A DNA stretch of 63,118 nucleotides from Pseudomonadota bacterium (GCA_043806755.1 JAZDGS010000013.1:1-63118), one strand, 5' to 3'. Counted from the first letter of the stretch, positions 50,755-60,046 are shown. Made by a program: numbers and translations. Notes: generated from the letters alone by a model not told the origin.

Positions 50755-51729
50755 ATGAAAAAGTTGCTCTATTGTACCCTGGTATTGGTCCTCTTAACGG
50801 GTTTCCATGGATCGGCTCTCTTTGCCGAAACCGTTGAACTCAAGGCCGTTTCCTTTTTGCCGAAGGACCACCGGCTATGTGCCATGATTCCGAAGTGGAT
50901 TGACGAGGTCAATACCCAGCTCAAGGATTCGGTGAAAGTCAACTGGGTCGGCGGCCCGGAAGTGATGCCGCCATTTGAGCAACCGGAAGCGGTTAAAAAA
51001 GGGATCTTTCAGATCGGTTTCCTCCCTGCCGCCTATTATGCAGGGATGCTTCCGGAAGCGGATGCCATTTCATTGTCCAAGTTCGACTTCAAGAAGGAAA
51101 GAGAAAAAGGAGGAGTCTATGATCATTTCATCGAGATGCACAAGAGGATCAACATGATGCTTCTCGGGACCTGGCTCTATGATCCTTTTTATCTTTATGT
51201 GAAAAAACCGGTGAAAGGCCTTGCCGACCTTAAAGGGTTGAAGATGAGAACCGCCTCCAAGTATGATAAGATGATGCTCAAGCTGGGGATGGTCCCGGTA
51301 ACCGTTCAGTTCGGTGAAACCTACACTGCCCTGCAACGAGGAGTGGTGGACGGCTTCGGCTGGCCGACCATCGGGCCCAAAGAATGGGGGTGGCTGGAAT
51401 ATTGCAAGTATGTCATCGATATTCCCTTTTATTCGAGACAGAACACGCTTATGCTGATGAACCTTGACACGTGGAACAAACTGGGCAAGCCGGTTCAGGA
51501 CAAACTAGTGGAGATCAGCACCAAATTCGAGACCGAAATGAAGGCCTATTTTGAAAAGAGCATTGAAAGTGAAAAAACCGAGATGACAAAAATCGGGGTC
51601 CAGCGGATCAAGTTCTCCAACGAAGAAACGAAAAATTATATCGATACGGCCAACAATGCGTTTCTGGAAGACCTGGAAAAGAAGGCCCCGGAACAGACAA
51701 AAATATTAAAAACGCTTTTGGGCTACTGA
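50755..51729 (+). CDS. TRAP transporter substrate-binding protein (DctP-type)
   Basis: 324 aa, signal peptide, DctP-family length. Immediately followed by small and large TRAP permeases. Confidence 0.8.
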   Translation: MKKLLYCTLVLVLLTGFHGSALFAETVELKAVSFLPKDHRLCAMIPKWIDEVNTQLKDSVKVNWVGGPEVMPPFEQPEAVKKGIFQIGFLPAAYYAGMLPEADAISLSKFDFKKEREKGGVYDHFIEMHKRINMMLLGTWLYDPFYLYVKKPVKGLADLKGLKMRTASKYDKMMLKLGMVPVTVQFGETYTALQRGVVDGFGWPTIGPKEWGWLEYCKYVIDIPFYSRQNTLMLMNLDTWNKLGKPVQDKLVEISTKFETEMKAYFEKSIESEKTEMTKIGVQRIKFSNEETKNYIDTANNAFLEDLEKKAPEQTKILKTLLGY

Positions 51730-51778
51730 AAACGCAAGGGGATGCTTCGGCATCCCTTTTGTTTTTTCCCGATTTGAC

Positions 51779-52285
51779 ATGCCGGATAACATTTTCACGG
51801 CTATCGACAGAATTACAGGAACCCTCAACCGGCTCTTCATCGGTATTGCATCTTTCATGATGGCCGGCCTGATGATGATCGTCTGCACGGATTTGGCGCT
51901 GCGGTATTTTTTTAACGCCCCCCTTATCTGGGCCACCGAGGTGACGGAGATTCTTTTGCTTTATATTACCTTTCTTGGCGCCGCCCAGGTGTTCAGGGAA
52001 GACTCGCACGTGGTGATCGATATTCTCCTGGTCATAAGCAATGTTAGGATACGGCGCATTCTCGGTATCTTGAGCAACACCCTCGTCGGGATCGTTTCCG
52101 TTGTTCTCATCTATTACGGCTTTATCGCCACATACGATCATTTTGTGAGGAATATCTTTAACCCCACGATTCTGGAGACCCCCATTGCCCTCATCATTGT
52201 CATCATCCCCATCGGGTGTATCCCGGTGCTCCTTGAGGTTCTGCTGAAAAGCAGGACGCCGTCCGCCCGGAAAGGGGGCCCGTAA
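51779..52285 (+). CDS. TRAP transporter small permease (DctQ-type)
   Basis: 168 aa, four predicted transmembrane helices. Position between the P and M components. Confidence 0.8.
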   Translation: MPDNIFTAIDRITGTLNRLFIGIASFMMAGLMMIVCTDLALRYFFNAPLIWATEVTEILLLYITFLGAAQVFREDSHVVIDILLVISNVRIRRILGILSNTLVGIVSVVLIYYGFIATYDHFVRNIFNPTILETPIALIIVIIPIGCIPVLLEVLLKSRTPSARKGGP

Positions 52286-52289
52286 CACC

Positions 52290-53603
52290 ATGGAATGGTG
52301 GCTGTCGTTTGTAATCATCCTCGGGATCCTGATCCTCCTCTTTTTTCTGGGGGTCCCGGTGGCGTTTTCCTTTCTCTTTGTAAACATCCTGTTTGCTTAT
52401 ATGCTATGGGGTGGTGGAGACGGCCTGACGCAGTTGGTCCTGAGCATCTCCCGGTCCATTACTTCCTTTTCCCTTCTTCCCATTCCACTTTTCCTGCTCA
52501 TGGGTGAAGTCATGTTTCTCTTCGGGATCGCCCAGAATATGATGGAGACGCTGGAAAAATGGATGGGAAAGATACCGGGCAGGTTAAGCCTTCTGGCCGT
52601 CGTCGGCGGCGTTCTTTTCGCCACCCTGTCCGGATCTTCCATGGCGGGATGCGCCATGCTGGGGCAGACGCTTCTCCCCGAGATGGAAAAGCGAGGGTAC
52701 AAGTACCCCATTACGATCGGTCCGATCATGGGGTGTGGAACATTGGCGGCAATGATTCCTCCGAGCGCCCTAGGGGTCCTTCTGGCCAGCCTCGCTCAGA
52801 TCTCCGTCGGCGATTTTCTTCTTTCCATCGTATTCCCCGGAATCCTTATGGCGGCTCTCTTTGCAATCTATATCATCATCCGCTGTCTGTTGAACCCGGA
52901 TCTCGCACCCGAATATCCCGTGAAACAGATACCGCTTCGCGAAAAGGTTGTTTTAAGCATCCGATATATCATGCCATTAGGACTTGTGATCTTTTCGGTC
53001 ATCGGTTTCATTATCCTCGGCATCGCCACCCCAACGGAATCCGCCGCGGCCGGAGCTTTCATCTGCTTCATCCTCGCCTTCATTTACAAAGGGATCCGGA
53101 AAGATATCGTGATTCAATCCTTTGTGAGAAGCGTGAAAGTGACATCCATGATGTTTATGATCCTCACCGGTGCGACCGCCTTTTCCCAGATCCTTGCGTT
53201 CACCGGCGCCACCTCTAATCTCGTCAACCTGGCCACACGGCTTCCCCTTCATCCCATCGCGGTGCTGATCATCATGCAATTCATTCTGGTGCTGCTCGGA
53301 ACCTTTATGGAGCCCCTCTCGATCCTGATGGTGGCGCTCCCGATTTATATGCCGATCGTTAGAAAACTGGGAATCGATCCGATCCCTTTTTGTGCGGTCA
53401 TTCTGATTAATATGGAAATGGCGACCATCTCCCCTCCGGACGGTCTTGTCCTTTACACCATGAAGGCCGTTGCCCCGCAATATACAATGGGGCAGATCTA
53501 CAAGGCCAGCATCCCCTTTGTCATCATCGATATCATTGCCATGGCACTGGTGATGATGTTCCCGCAACTGGCCCTTTACCTGCCGTCGATTACCAAGGGA
53601 TAG
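52290..53603 (+). CDS. TRAP transporter large permease (DctM-type)
   Basis: 437 aa, polytopic. DctM-like motifs (LLPIPLFLLMGEVM, GSSMAG). Confidence 0.9.
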   Translation: MEWWLSFVIILGILILLFFLGVPVAFSFLFVNILFAYMLWGGGDGLTQLVLSISRSITSFSLLPIPLFLLMGEVMFLFGIAQNMMETLEKWMGKIPGRLSLLAVVGGVLFATLSGSSMAGCAMLGQTLLPEMEKRGYKYPITIGPIMGCGTLAAMIPPSALGVLLASLAQISVGDFLLSIVFPGILMAALFAIYIIIRCLLNPDLAPEYPVKQIPLREKVVLSIRYIMPLGLVIFSVIGFIILGIATPTESAAAGAFICFILAFIYKGIRKDIVIQSFVRSVKVTSMMFMILTGATAFSQILAFTGATSNLVNLATRLPLHPIAVLIIMQFILVLLGTFMEPLSILMVALPIYMPIVRKLGIDPIPFCAVILINMEMATISPPDGLVLYTMKAVAPQYTMGQIYKASIPFVIIDIIAMALVMMFPQLALYLPSITKG

Positions 53604-53658
53604 CTTTGTTCGATACCCTAAAGGGATGCCTGAATCCTGTATGGAAATTGACGGGTGA

Positions 53659-54486
53659 TCAATCGGAAGACAATGGAACGGCCGGATGCCGTTCGTCGAG
53701 GAAATCCATAACAAGACGGGCAAATTCCTCCGGCATCTGTTCCGCCAGTGGAACCATCCCCCCCCGTATCTCAGCCGTTTTGCAGCCCCGGATACGTCCG
53801 GCCAGCTGTTTTAAGTGGGGATAAGCAAACGGATCATCCGTTGCCCCGATTAACAAGGTGGGAGCCTTGATGCGATCGATCTTTTCCTCCATTCGATACA
53901 TACCCACCGCCCGATGCCCTTCCTCCAGCCGATCCCAAACCTTGAGGGCATCCCGTACAAACCGGGTTAACAGATCCGGGCGGCTTTTCGGATAAAACGG
54001 CATCCTTTTTCGCCAAATATCGGTCAGGTGCGATCCGTCTTCCATGATGCGGTCTTCATCGACGGGCGGCCTGTTCTTCCTAAGCTCCCGTTCCGAAGCA
54101 TCGATAAACGGGGTAGACGAAAGGACGAGTTTATCCACGCGGTGAGGGAAAGACGCCGCCACTTCTAAAGCAATCACCCCGCCGGTGTGGTGTCCCACGA
54201 TGGATGTCTTCTCGATGCCCAACCGATCCATCAGGCCGATGACCGCTTTGGCATAACGCTCGATGGATCCGGGTTCTTTGGGCTTGAAAGAGTCGCCGAA
54301 TCCGATGGTATCCATGGCGACGGCCCGATATTTTCGGCCAATGATGGGAAGAACTTCCCTGTATTCATCCCAGCTCCGGGGCGTCTGGTGCAGCAGGATC
54401 ACCGGTTTCCCCTTCCCTGCCGTGACATAATGGATCTGCCCCAGCTCTGTATCTGCAAAAGCGCGGCGGATTGCAATGTCGCCCAT
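53659..54486 (-). CDS. alpha/beta-hydrolase-fold protein with non-canonical active-site positions
   Basis: 275 aa. Fold pattern PVILLHQTPRSW ... SIVGHHTGG ... The nucleophile-elbow position reads GHHTGG rather than GxSxG or GxDxG. Confidence 0.7.
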   Translation of the reverse strand: MGDIAIRRAFADTELGQIHYVTAGKGKPVILLHQTPRSWDEYREVLPIIGRKYRAVAMDTIGFGDSFKPKEPGSIERYAKAVIGLMDRLGIEKTSIVGHHTGGVIALEVAASFPHRVDKLVLSSTPFIDASERELRKNRPPVDEDRIMEDGSHLTDIWRKRMPFYPKSRPDLLTRFVRDALKVWDRLEEGHRAVGMYRMEEKIDRIKAPTLLIGATDDPFAYPHLKQLAGRIRGCKTAEIRGGMVPLAEQMPEEFARLVMDFLDERHPAVPLSSD

Positions 54487-54518
54487 ACGAGTCGCCCCTT
54501 ATTCGTTGTGAAGCAATT

Positions 54519-55049
54519 TCAGATATAATGGTTCCAAAACCGGGGATCGGATTTTTCCTTCCAATACTCTCCGAACTTTTTATCAAAGAACCCTTCAAGC
54601 CTTTCAAACCATCGGCTACGCCCTTTTTCACCCTTTTCCCGGGAGATCAGGACATCCTCGAGAAAGATATCGATATCACTGATCCGTTCCTTCGGGACAT
54701 ATGCATCAGCTCCCAATTTTAAAGACTGAGTCAGATCTTTTGGGCTTAAGGCGTTGGCCGTCAGCATGAGTGCTGGAATCCCTTTCTGAGTGGCGATCTC
54801 GAGCAACTCGTAGCCGTTAACCCCCATAATGTCGAGAATGGCAATATCGTATCGGTTTTTTTCAAGGAGTTCATGGGCCGAATCAAAATCAGAAGCTGAA
54901 TCGATCAGGCAGTCTTCCAGAATATCCTTAAGGCTTTCGATCACATCCGGTTCGTCGTCCACGATGAGAACATGTTTTCCTTTGAGCATCTTTTTCATTT
55001 TTGTTTCATCCGGCAGTTGATGGTTACTCAAATTCGAAACATCGGCCAC
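54519..55049 (-). CDS. stand-alone response-regulator receiver protein with short C-terminal tail
   Basis: VLIVDDEPD, ILDIMG (phospho-acceptor Asp), MLTANA, YVPKE. About 55 aa of tail with no recognisable output domain. Confidence 0.75.
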   Translation of the reverse strand: MADVSNLSNHQLPDETKMKKMLKGKHVLIVDDEPDVIESLKDILEDCLIDSASDFDSAHELLEKNRYDIAILDIMGVNGYELLEIATQKGIPALMLTANALSPKDLTQSLKLGADAYVPKERISDIDIFLEDVLISREKGEKGRSRWFERLEGFFDKKFGEYWKEKSDPRFWNHYI

Positions 55050-55117
55050 AAAAAGCCGATGTCTGATCTCAAAAGTTAATTCCTATCTGCTTTTTTTAAA
55101 GGGGTAAACCCTTGATA

Positions 55118-55843
55118 TTAAGATATCAATATATCAATACCCGTCCCCGAATGCCATGAGGCGATTGTTTCGGGCAGGTTGACGATGCTTGGGATGATGG
55201 CATCCGGGGACTCCTGTTTCAAAGCAACGTGGTCGTCAAAACCGGTCAAGACACCCACGGTCCTCATGCCGGCAGCCTTCCCGGCCCGGATATCCGCACC
55301 CATATCCCCCACATAAACGCTTCGGTTTGGATGCACACCAAGCCGTTTTGCGCATTCGATTAGCGGGTCGGCGCAAGGTTTTTTATTCTCCACATCATCT
55401 CCCGTGATGATGACTTCAAGCAACTGGTCAACATCCGCATTTTTGAGCGGATAGAATTTATGGACCATCCCCTCGGCCGGAGTCGAAGTGACGATGGCAA
55501 TTTTCAAATTCGATCGGGAAAGGCGATTCAAAACCGATGCGGCTCCCGGGATCAATGTCAGCCCCTTGCAAAACATCTCCGGATAGATTTCATATATGAT
55601 CTGCCTGGCCCGGCGGATCATCGTCTTTTTGGCTTCTCCGTCGTTTCCGGGCAATATCAGATCCCAGTCAAAATCTCCGTCTTTTGCGGCCTTGATGATC
55701 AGGCTTTTTTCGACCGGGGGGAGTTTCAATTTTTCAAAGGTAACATCCAGAATCGTGAAGTAGATGTCGATGGAATCGATGAGTGTGCCGTCCAAATCGA
55801 AAATGACGGCATCAAGGACCCGCTCTTTATCATGAGATTTCAC
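55118..55843 (-). CDS. HAD-superfamily hydrolase (phosphoglycolate-phosphatase-like)
   Basis: Motif I FDLDGTLIDS, motif II VTST, motif IV GDMGADI. ORF runs to 55981, but a GTG at 55843 preceded by GAAGGGGG fits the usual short N-terminus. Confidence 0.7.
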   Translation of the reverse strand: MKSHDKERVLDAVIFDLDGTLIDSIDIYFTILDVTFEKLKLPPVEKSLIIKAAKDGDFDWDLILPGNDGEAKKTMIRRARQIIYEIYPEMFCKGLTLIPGAASVLNRLSRSNLKIAIVTSTPAEGMVHKFYPLKNADVDQLLEVIITGDDVENKKPCADPLIECAKRLGVHPNRSVYVGDMGADIRAGKAAGMRTVGVLTGFDDHVALKQESPDAIIPSIVNLPETIASWHSGTGIDILIS

Positions 55844-56025
55844 ATGTACCCCCTTCTTTCCGCCCACCGGCTTCAAAACCGCTCCATCGTTGTAAACCGT
55901 CACCTCCTGAATCCCGCAAACGATACCATAATCCCCAAGTGCTGGACAGAAGAATAAAATATATGTTACCCTTCCCGGCATCAGGTCGTTAGGATCGCTA
56001 TCCCGTTTACCCGATTACATATACG

Positions 56026-57039
56026 ATGAATCCATTTTCATTCTTATTCCCCCAATCCTTTGATTGGATTCAGGTGGAAGTAACTTCGGCGTGCAATGCC
56101 GAGTGCGCATATTGCCCGCATACGGCCTACAGGGCTTTCTGGAAAAATCGATATCTTTCACTGGATCGTTTCAGGAAGCTGGAAGACGCTTTTACCCGGA
56201 CCCGACATGTCCACCTTCAGGGGTGGGGGGAACCGTTTCTTCATCCGAACTTTTTCGACATGGTTGCCATTGCAAAGAGGGCCGGATGCCGGGTCGGAAC
56301 AACGACAAACGGTATGTGCCTTGATGCCGATCACCTGGTTCGGATCATCGATAGCGGCTTGGACGTGATTGCCTTTTCACTCGCCGGGACGGATGAACGC
56401 AACGACATTATCCGGAAAGGAACCCGGTTGGACATGGTTCTGAACGGGATGAGGGGATTGAGTCGGGAAAAGGGAATCAGAAACTCAAAAACCCCAGAGA
56501 TTCATGTGGCCTACATGCTTTTGAAATCGGAGGTTGCCGGCCTTGAACACCTCCCTGCCCTGCTGTCTGATTCAGGTGCAGATCAGGCGGTCATTTCAAC
56601 CCTTGATTTTGTCCCTTCCAAAGAACTGCTGAGCCAAACCCTGATACCGAAAACCATGGCCGAATATGAGGAATGGGTTTCTCTCCTGAATGCTATGGCA
56701 CGGAGGGGCGAGCCGATGGGACTTCACATTCATCACTACCTGCTTCCTCCGGATCAAAAGAAATTGTTCTGCACGGAAAACGTTCAAAAGGCGGTCTGTG
56801 TCTCCTCCGACGGCGCCGTCACACCTTGCGTATTCACCAATCTGAATCCATCCGGAATCTCATACGTTTCAAAAACCGGCACCATGCCTTATGAAAGGCT
56901 GGTTTTTGGAACGATCGGTGAGGAATCCCTGTTCGAAATCCGGCGAAAGAAATCCTATGCGGCATTTTGCAGATCCTTTCAAAGCAAAACTCTTTTTGCC
57001 CAGTGCCGGGGGTGTCTGAAGCTGAAAGGATCTATTTAG
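56026..57039 (+). CDS. radical SAM protein with C-terminal SPASM/twitch-like Cys motifs
   Basis: 337 aa. CNAECAYC (CxxxCxxC), GWGEPFLHP, C-terminal CTENVQKAVCVSSDGAVTPC ... CRGC. Confidence 0.8.
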   Translation: MNPFSFLFPQSFDWIQVEVTSACNAECAYCPHTAYRAFWKNRYLSLDRFRKLEDAFTRTRHVHLQGWGEPFLHPNFFDMVAIAKRAGCRVGTTTNGMCLDADHLVRIIDSGLDVIAFSLAGTDERNDIIRKGTRLDMVLNGMRGLSREKGIRNSKTPEIHVAYMLLKSEVAGLEHLPALLSDSGADQAVISTLDFVPSKELLSQTLIPKTMAEYEEWVSLLNAMARRGEPMGLHIHHYLLPPDQKKLFCTENVQKAVCVSSDGAVTPCVFTNLNPSGISYVSKTGTMPYERLVFGTIGEESLFEIRRKKSYAAFCRSFQSKTLFAQCRGCLKLKGSI

Positions 57040-57338
57040 TGTCCATCTGCCCGGTTCCGTCCCGGTCCGTATTCAAGACTGTCACGGATGGATTCGGATG
57101 CCTCGGCACTCTCCTCTAAATCGGTATAGTAGATAGCGGTCGCCCTGAGATTCCGCTCATCGATCACCTCCCCCATCCGCTTTACTCCGGGGAGAAACCT
57201 GACCAGGTTCCCAAAGCCGAAAATAAATATCAGAATCAGGGCGATTCCGGCAATCAGCTTGAGCCATGGGCTGGTTTCTGCCTGCGGGCTTTCACCCCCA
57301 CAGGCAGGTGTGACAGCAATGTCGTTATTGGCATTCAT
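57036..57338 (-). CDS. small single-pass membrane protein, hypothetical
   Basis: ATG lies 8 nt after the stop of the upstream transporter gene. Transmembrane helix LKLIAGIALILIFIFGFGNLV. The longer ORF to 57416 overlaps that gene. Confidence 0.5.
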   Translation of the reverse strand: MNANNDIAVTPACGGESPQAETSPWLKLIAGIALILIFIFGFGNLVRFLPGVKRMGEVIDERNLRATAIYYTDLEESAEASESIRDSLEYGPGRNRADGH

Positions 57339-57346
57339 AACTTGTT

Positions 57347-59101
57347 TCAAATGCCTGCGGTAATCTCCGGGAACACCAGATAAAACATAATGTAGGCCAT
57401 CAGCAGCGTCAGGCACAGCTGAAATGTCTGCCCGAAGACGTAAAGGGTGATGGGTTTGCCGCCTTTGAAGTAGGGCTTGAATTCCCGGAAGTTGGTTTCA
57501 AGACCGATGGAAGTGAATGCCAGTGCGAAAAACCATTCGCGGGCGATCCGGGTGAAACCCCTCAACACCCCATGGTCGATCATGACCGTGCTCATATCCT
57601 TGCCGATCCCCTGATCAATGATGGAAAACACGATGGAGGCGATAATGAAGCCGAGGACGAACTTCGGGAAGCGGTACCAGACCTCCCACCAACTAACGCT
57701 CTGACCGGGCGCACATTCCACCCTGGCGCACCAGTAGACGGCAACGCCGAAGGCTGTAAGGCCGATGAGCACGTTCTGGATCATCTTGATGGTGGCCGCG
57801 ACGTAAAGCGCCTGCTCGCCGTAAAAAGCTCCGGCAGCCGCAACCGCACCCGTTGAATCGATGGTGCTCCCCATCCAGGCGCCGGCAAGAATCTGCGGCA
57901 TCCCGACCAGCCTGGCAAACGCAGGCTGCGCCACCATGCAAACAGCGGTAAATACCATGGACAATCCGATCGCCAGCGTCAACTCCTCTTTCTTGGCCCG
58001 ACAGGCGGCAGCCGTGGCAATCGCCGCGGAAACGCCGCAGACCGACATATCTGCCGAAATCGTGATGTTGAGCGTTTTGGAAGGCATTTTAATGATTTTC
58101 TGGCCAAACCAGAAGGTTAAAATCAGGGTGATGGGCGTGCAGATCCAGGCGACGAAGATGCCCGGCTTGCCGATGGCCAGGATCTTATTGAACAGGATTT
58201 CGGCGCCGAGCAGCACCAGACCGATCTTGATATAGTATTCGGTTGTGGCAGCGTACCTTACCCACTTCGGCGTTCCGATGGTGTTGCTGATGAGCATCCC
58301 GAAGATGATGGCCCACAGCGGGAATCCAAACCCCCAGTGGTTCATCAGGGATTGAGTTTCGGCCATGTAGGCAAGCACCGCCAGGAAAAAGACAAAGAAA
58401 AAACCCGGGAAAAACCGGCCGAAAGACCCGCCCATAATGGCCTTACCGATGCCGAAAAAGACGGCAAGAATAACGGCAAGCCCGATAAGATACGGGACCC
58501 GGTTGAAAGGTTTGTTGGATGCCTTCCCCTTGGCTTTGGATGCTTTTTCTTTTGCCGCCTGCCACTCCTTTATGCTCTTTTCGGCTGCTTCGTTCTGGGC
58601 AGTGTCTTTAAACCCTGCACCCGCTGCAATCTCCTGGGCTGCCTTGGCCTTTGCAAGCGCCGCTTCTTCGGCCGCTTTGGCCTTTTCAAAAGGCTCTTTG
58701 GCGGGCGCATTCAAAGCATCGGCAGCTTCCTGGCTCCGGTACAACGCATCAAGAGGATTGCCTGCCCAGTGGCTCGGAGCTGCCAGAAAGTTTTGGATCG
58801 TCTTGCCGAACTGCTGATCCCGTGCCCGAATCCCTTTTTTGGCCGATGATGCGTTATACCATTCGATTGTCTTAAATGGCGCCTTTGCCGCCTCTTCCTT
58901 CATGATGGCGTTATATTTCGGGATTTCAGCGGCTTTTTCCGGAGGACGCGGCAGATAGATCAGAAGCCCTACAATGAGCAATAAAAAGCCCATCCATATG
59001 GCCATCCAGTCCTCCTTGGTATATAGATCCTTTAACGTCGTTTTGCCGCTGTCGATGACGACATAATCCGATTCGCTCGTTTTTTTAATGTCATTTCCCA
59101 T
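57347..59101 (-). CDS. YeiH/UPF0324-family ('putative sulfate exporter') membrane protein with long N-terminal extension
   Basis: The C-terminal ~370 aa resemble UPF0324 (ADMSVCGVSAAIATAAA, LGLETNF-type motifs). The N-terminus has one transmembrane helix plus a ~170-aa Ala/Lys/Glu-rich hydrophilic region. Start MGNDIKK (59101) has GAAAGGAGGG upstream. Confidence 0.65.
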   Translation of the reverse strand: MGNDIKKTSESDYVVIDSGKTTLKDLYTKEDWMAIWMGFLLLIVGLLIYLPRPPEKAAEIPKYNAIMKEEAAKAPFKTIEWYNASSAKKGIRARDQQFGKTIQNFLAAPSHWAGNPLDALYRSQEAADALNAPAKEPFEKAKAAEEAALAKAKAAQEIAAGAGFKDTAQNEAAEKSIKEWQAAKEKASKAKGKASNKPFNRVPYLIGLAVILAVFFGIGKAIMGGSFGRFFPGFFFVFFLAVLAYMAETQSLMNHWGFGFPLWAIIFGMLISNTIGTPKWVRYAATTEYYIKIGLVLLGAEILFNKILAIGKPGIFVAWICTPITLILTFWFGQKIIKMPSKTLNITISADMSVCGVSAAIATAAACRAKKEELTLAIGLSMVFTAVCMVAQPAFARLVGMPQILAGAWMGSTIDSTGAVAAAGAFYGEQALYVAATIKMIQNVLIGLTAFGVAVYWCARVECAPGQSVSWWEVWYRFPKFVLGFIIASIVFSIIDQGIGKDMSTVMIDHGVLRGFTRIAREWFFALAFTSIGLETNFREFKPYFKGGKPITLYVFGQTFQLCLTLLMAYIMFYLVFPEITAGI

Positions 59102-59631
59102 AAACCCTCCTTTCAAATAACGGTTTTTCAGATTAAATGACAACTACCGCAAGCCGTTTATGACCTGCGACTAAAACCGGAAGAATAAGGAACCGAACGA
59201 AACCATTCATTGAAAAGCACCTCCATTCAGGAAGCACTCAATTTCGGACATGATTAAACCGGTTTTTGGACCAGCCTATCGAGTTTGATTTTTATAAACT
59301 ATTTCAGGGCAATAAGCAGAAGAGTATTTTTGGTATTTTTGGCATATCCTGAAAAAGTTGTCAATTCAAAAGCGCAGGTGTTGAGATGCCGGTAAACTAA
59401 GAGTGTGTCTGATAGCCAGCGGGTATATCAGGGCTGAAAATTTCAACAACCGGCCATTTTGTTGGTGTTGAAGGAGAGTTTACGTTTTATGTTTTTCAAA
59501 AAGGGTTTAAAGGAGAGCTCTCTTTTGGATTGACAAGCACTCGACCATAAAGATCCTGAAATTAAAAAGGCTCAAAGGAACCGTTAAAATCATAACATTA
59601 GTCTTAATAGGAAGGTTTAAAGCTAGGAATT

Positions 59632-59750
59632 CTTGCCAAAACGGCCGAAAATACCCTTTAAGGCGAAAACTGTATCATGAAAACAACATTCTCAACAATG
59701 CCTAAAACGGCAATGGTGTCGGTCCATAGCCGTAAGTTGCAGTTTTAATG
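59632..59750. repeat. copy A of a ~118-bp diverged direct repeat
   Basis: Shares four perfectly conserved blocks with copy B: CTTGCCAAAACG, AAAACTGTATCAT, ACATTCTCAACAAT, TCGGTCCATAGCCG. Confidence 0.8.
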
Positions 59751-60046
59751 AAGCCAGATTCAACGGATTTATGAAACGGACCCCGTTTATCCCCAGAATT
59801 TCAACTTATGAAAAAAGGCCGAGGTTGAACCGGTGATCTATGTTCAAATCGGCCGAAATTTCAACAAAATGCCCATTAAATTCCGATTGACAGCGCATTC
59901 TCATTCCGATAATTAAAACCCGTCGGTCATGAGAATTGCATACCCCCATATCTTGGGTCGCATATGATGCCAATATACAATTCATGTTTTCGCTTAATCC
60001 GCTTGGAAAAAAGCGACTTCTTATCATTTCATTAGGAGAAAAATTC

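Noticed and set aside
59331-59345. Sigma54-type promoter TGGTATTTTTGGCAT
   Set aside because: The GG and GC dinucleotides are 10 nt apart instead of the required 12 nt (TGGCAC-N5-TTGC), and no activator gene lies nearby.
59677-59748. 23-codon ORF (MKTTFSTMPKTAMVSVHSRKLQF) inside repeat copy A
   Set aside because: In copy B the ATG is ATA and the frame hits an early stop. Conservation is at the nucleotide-block level, not at the protein level.
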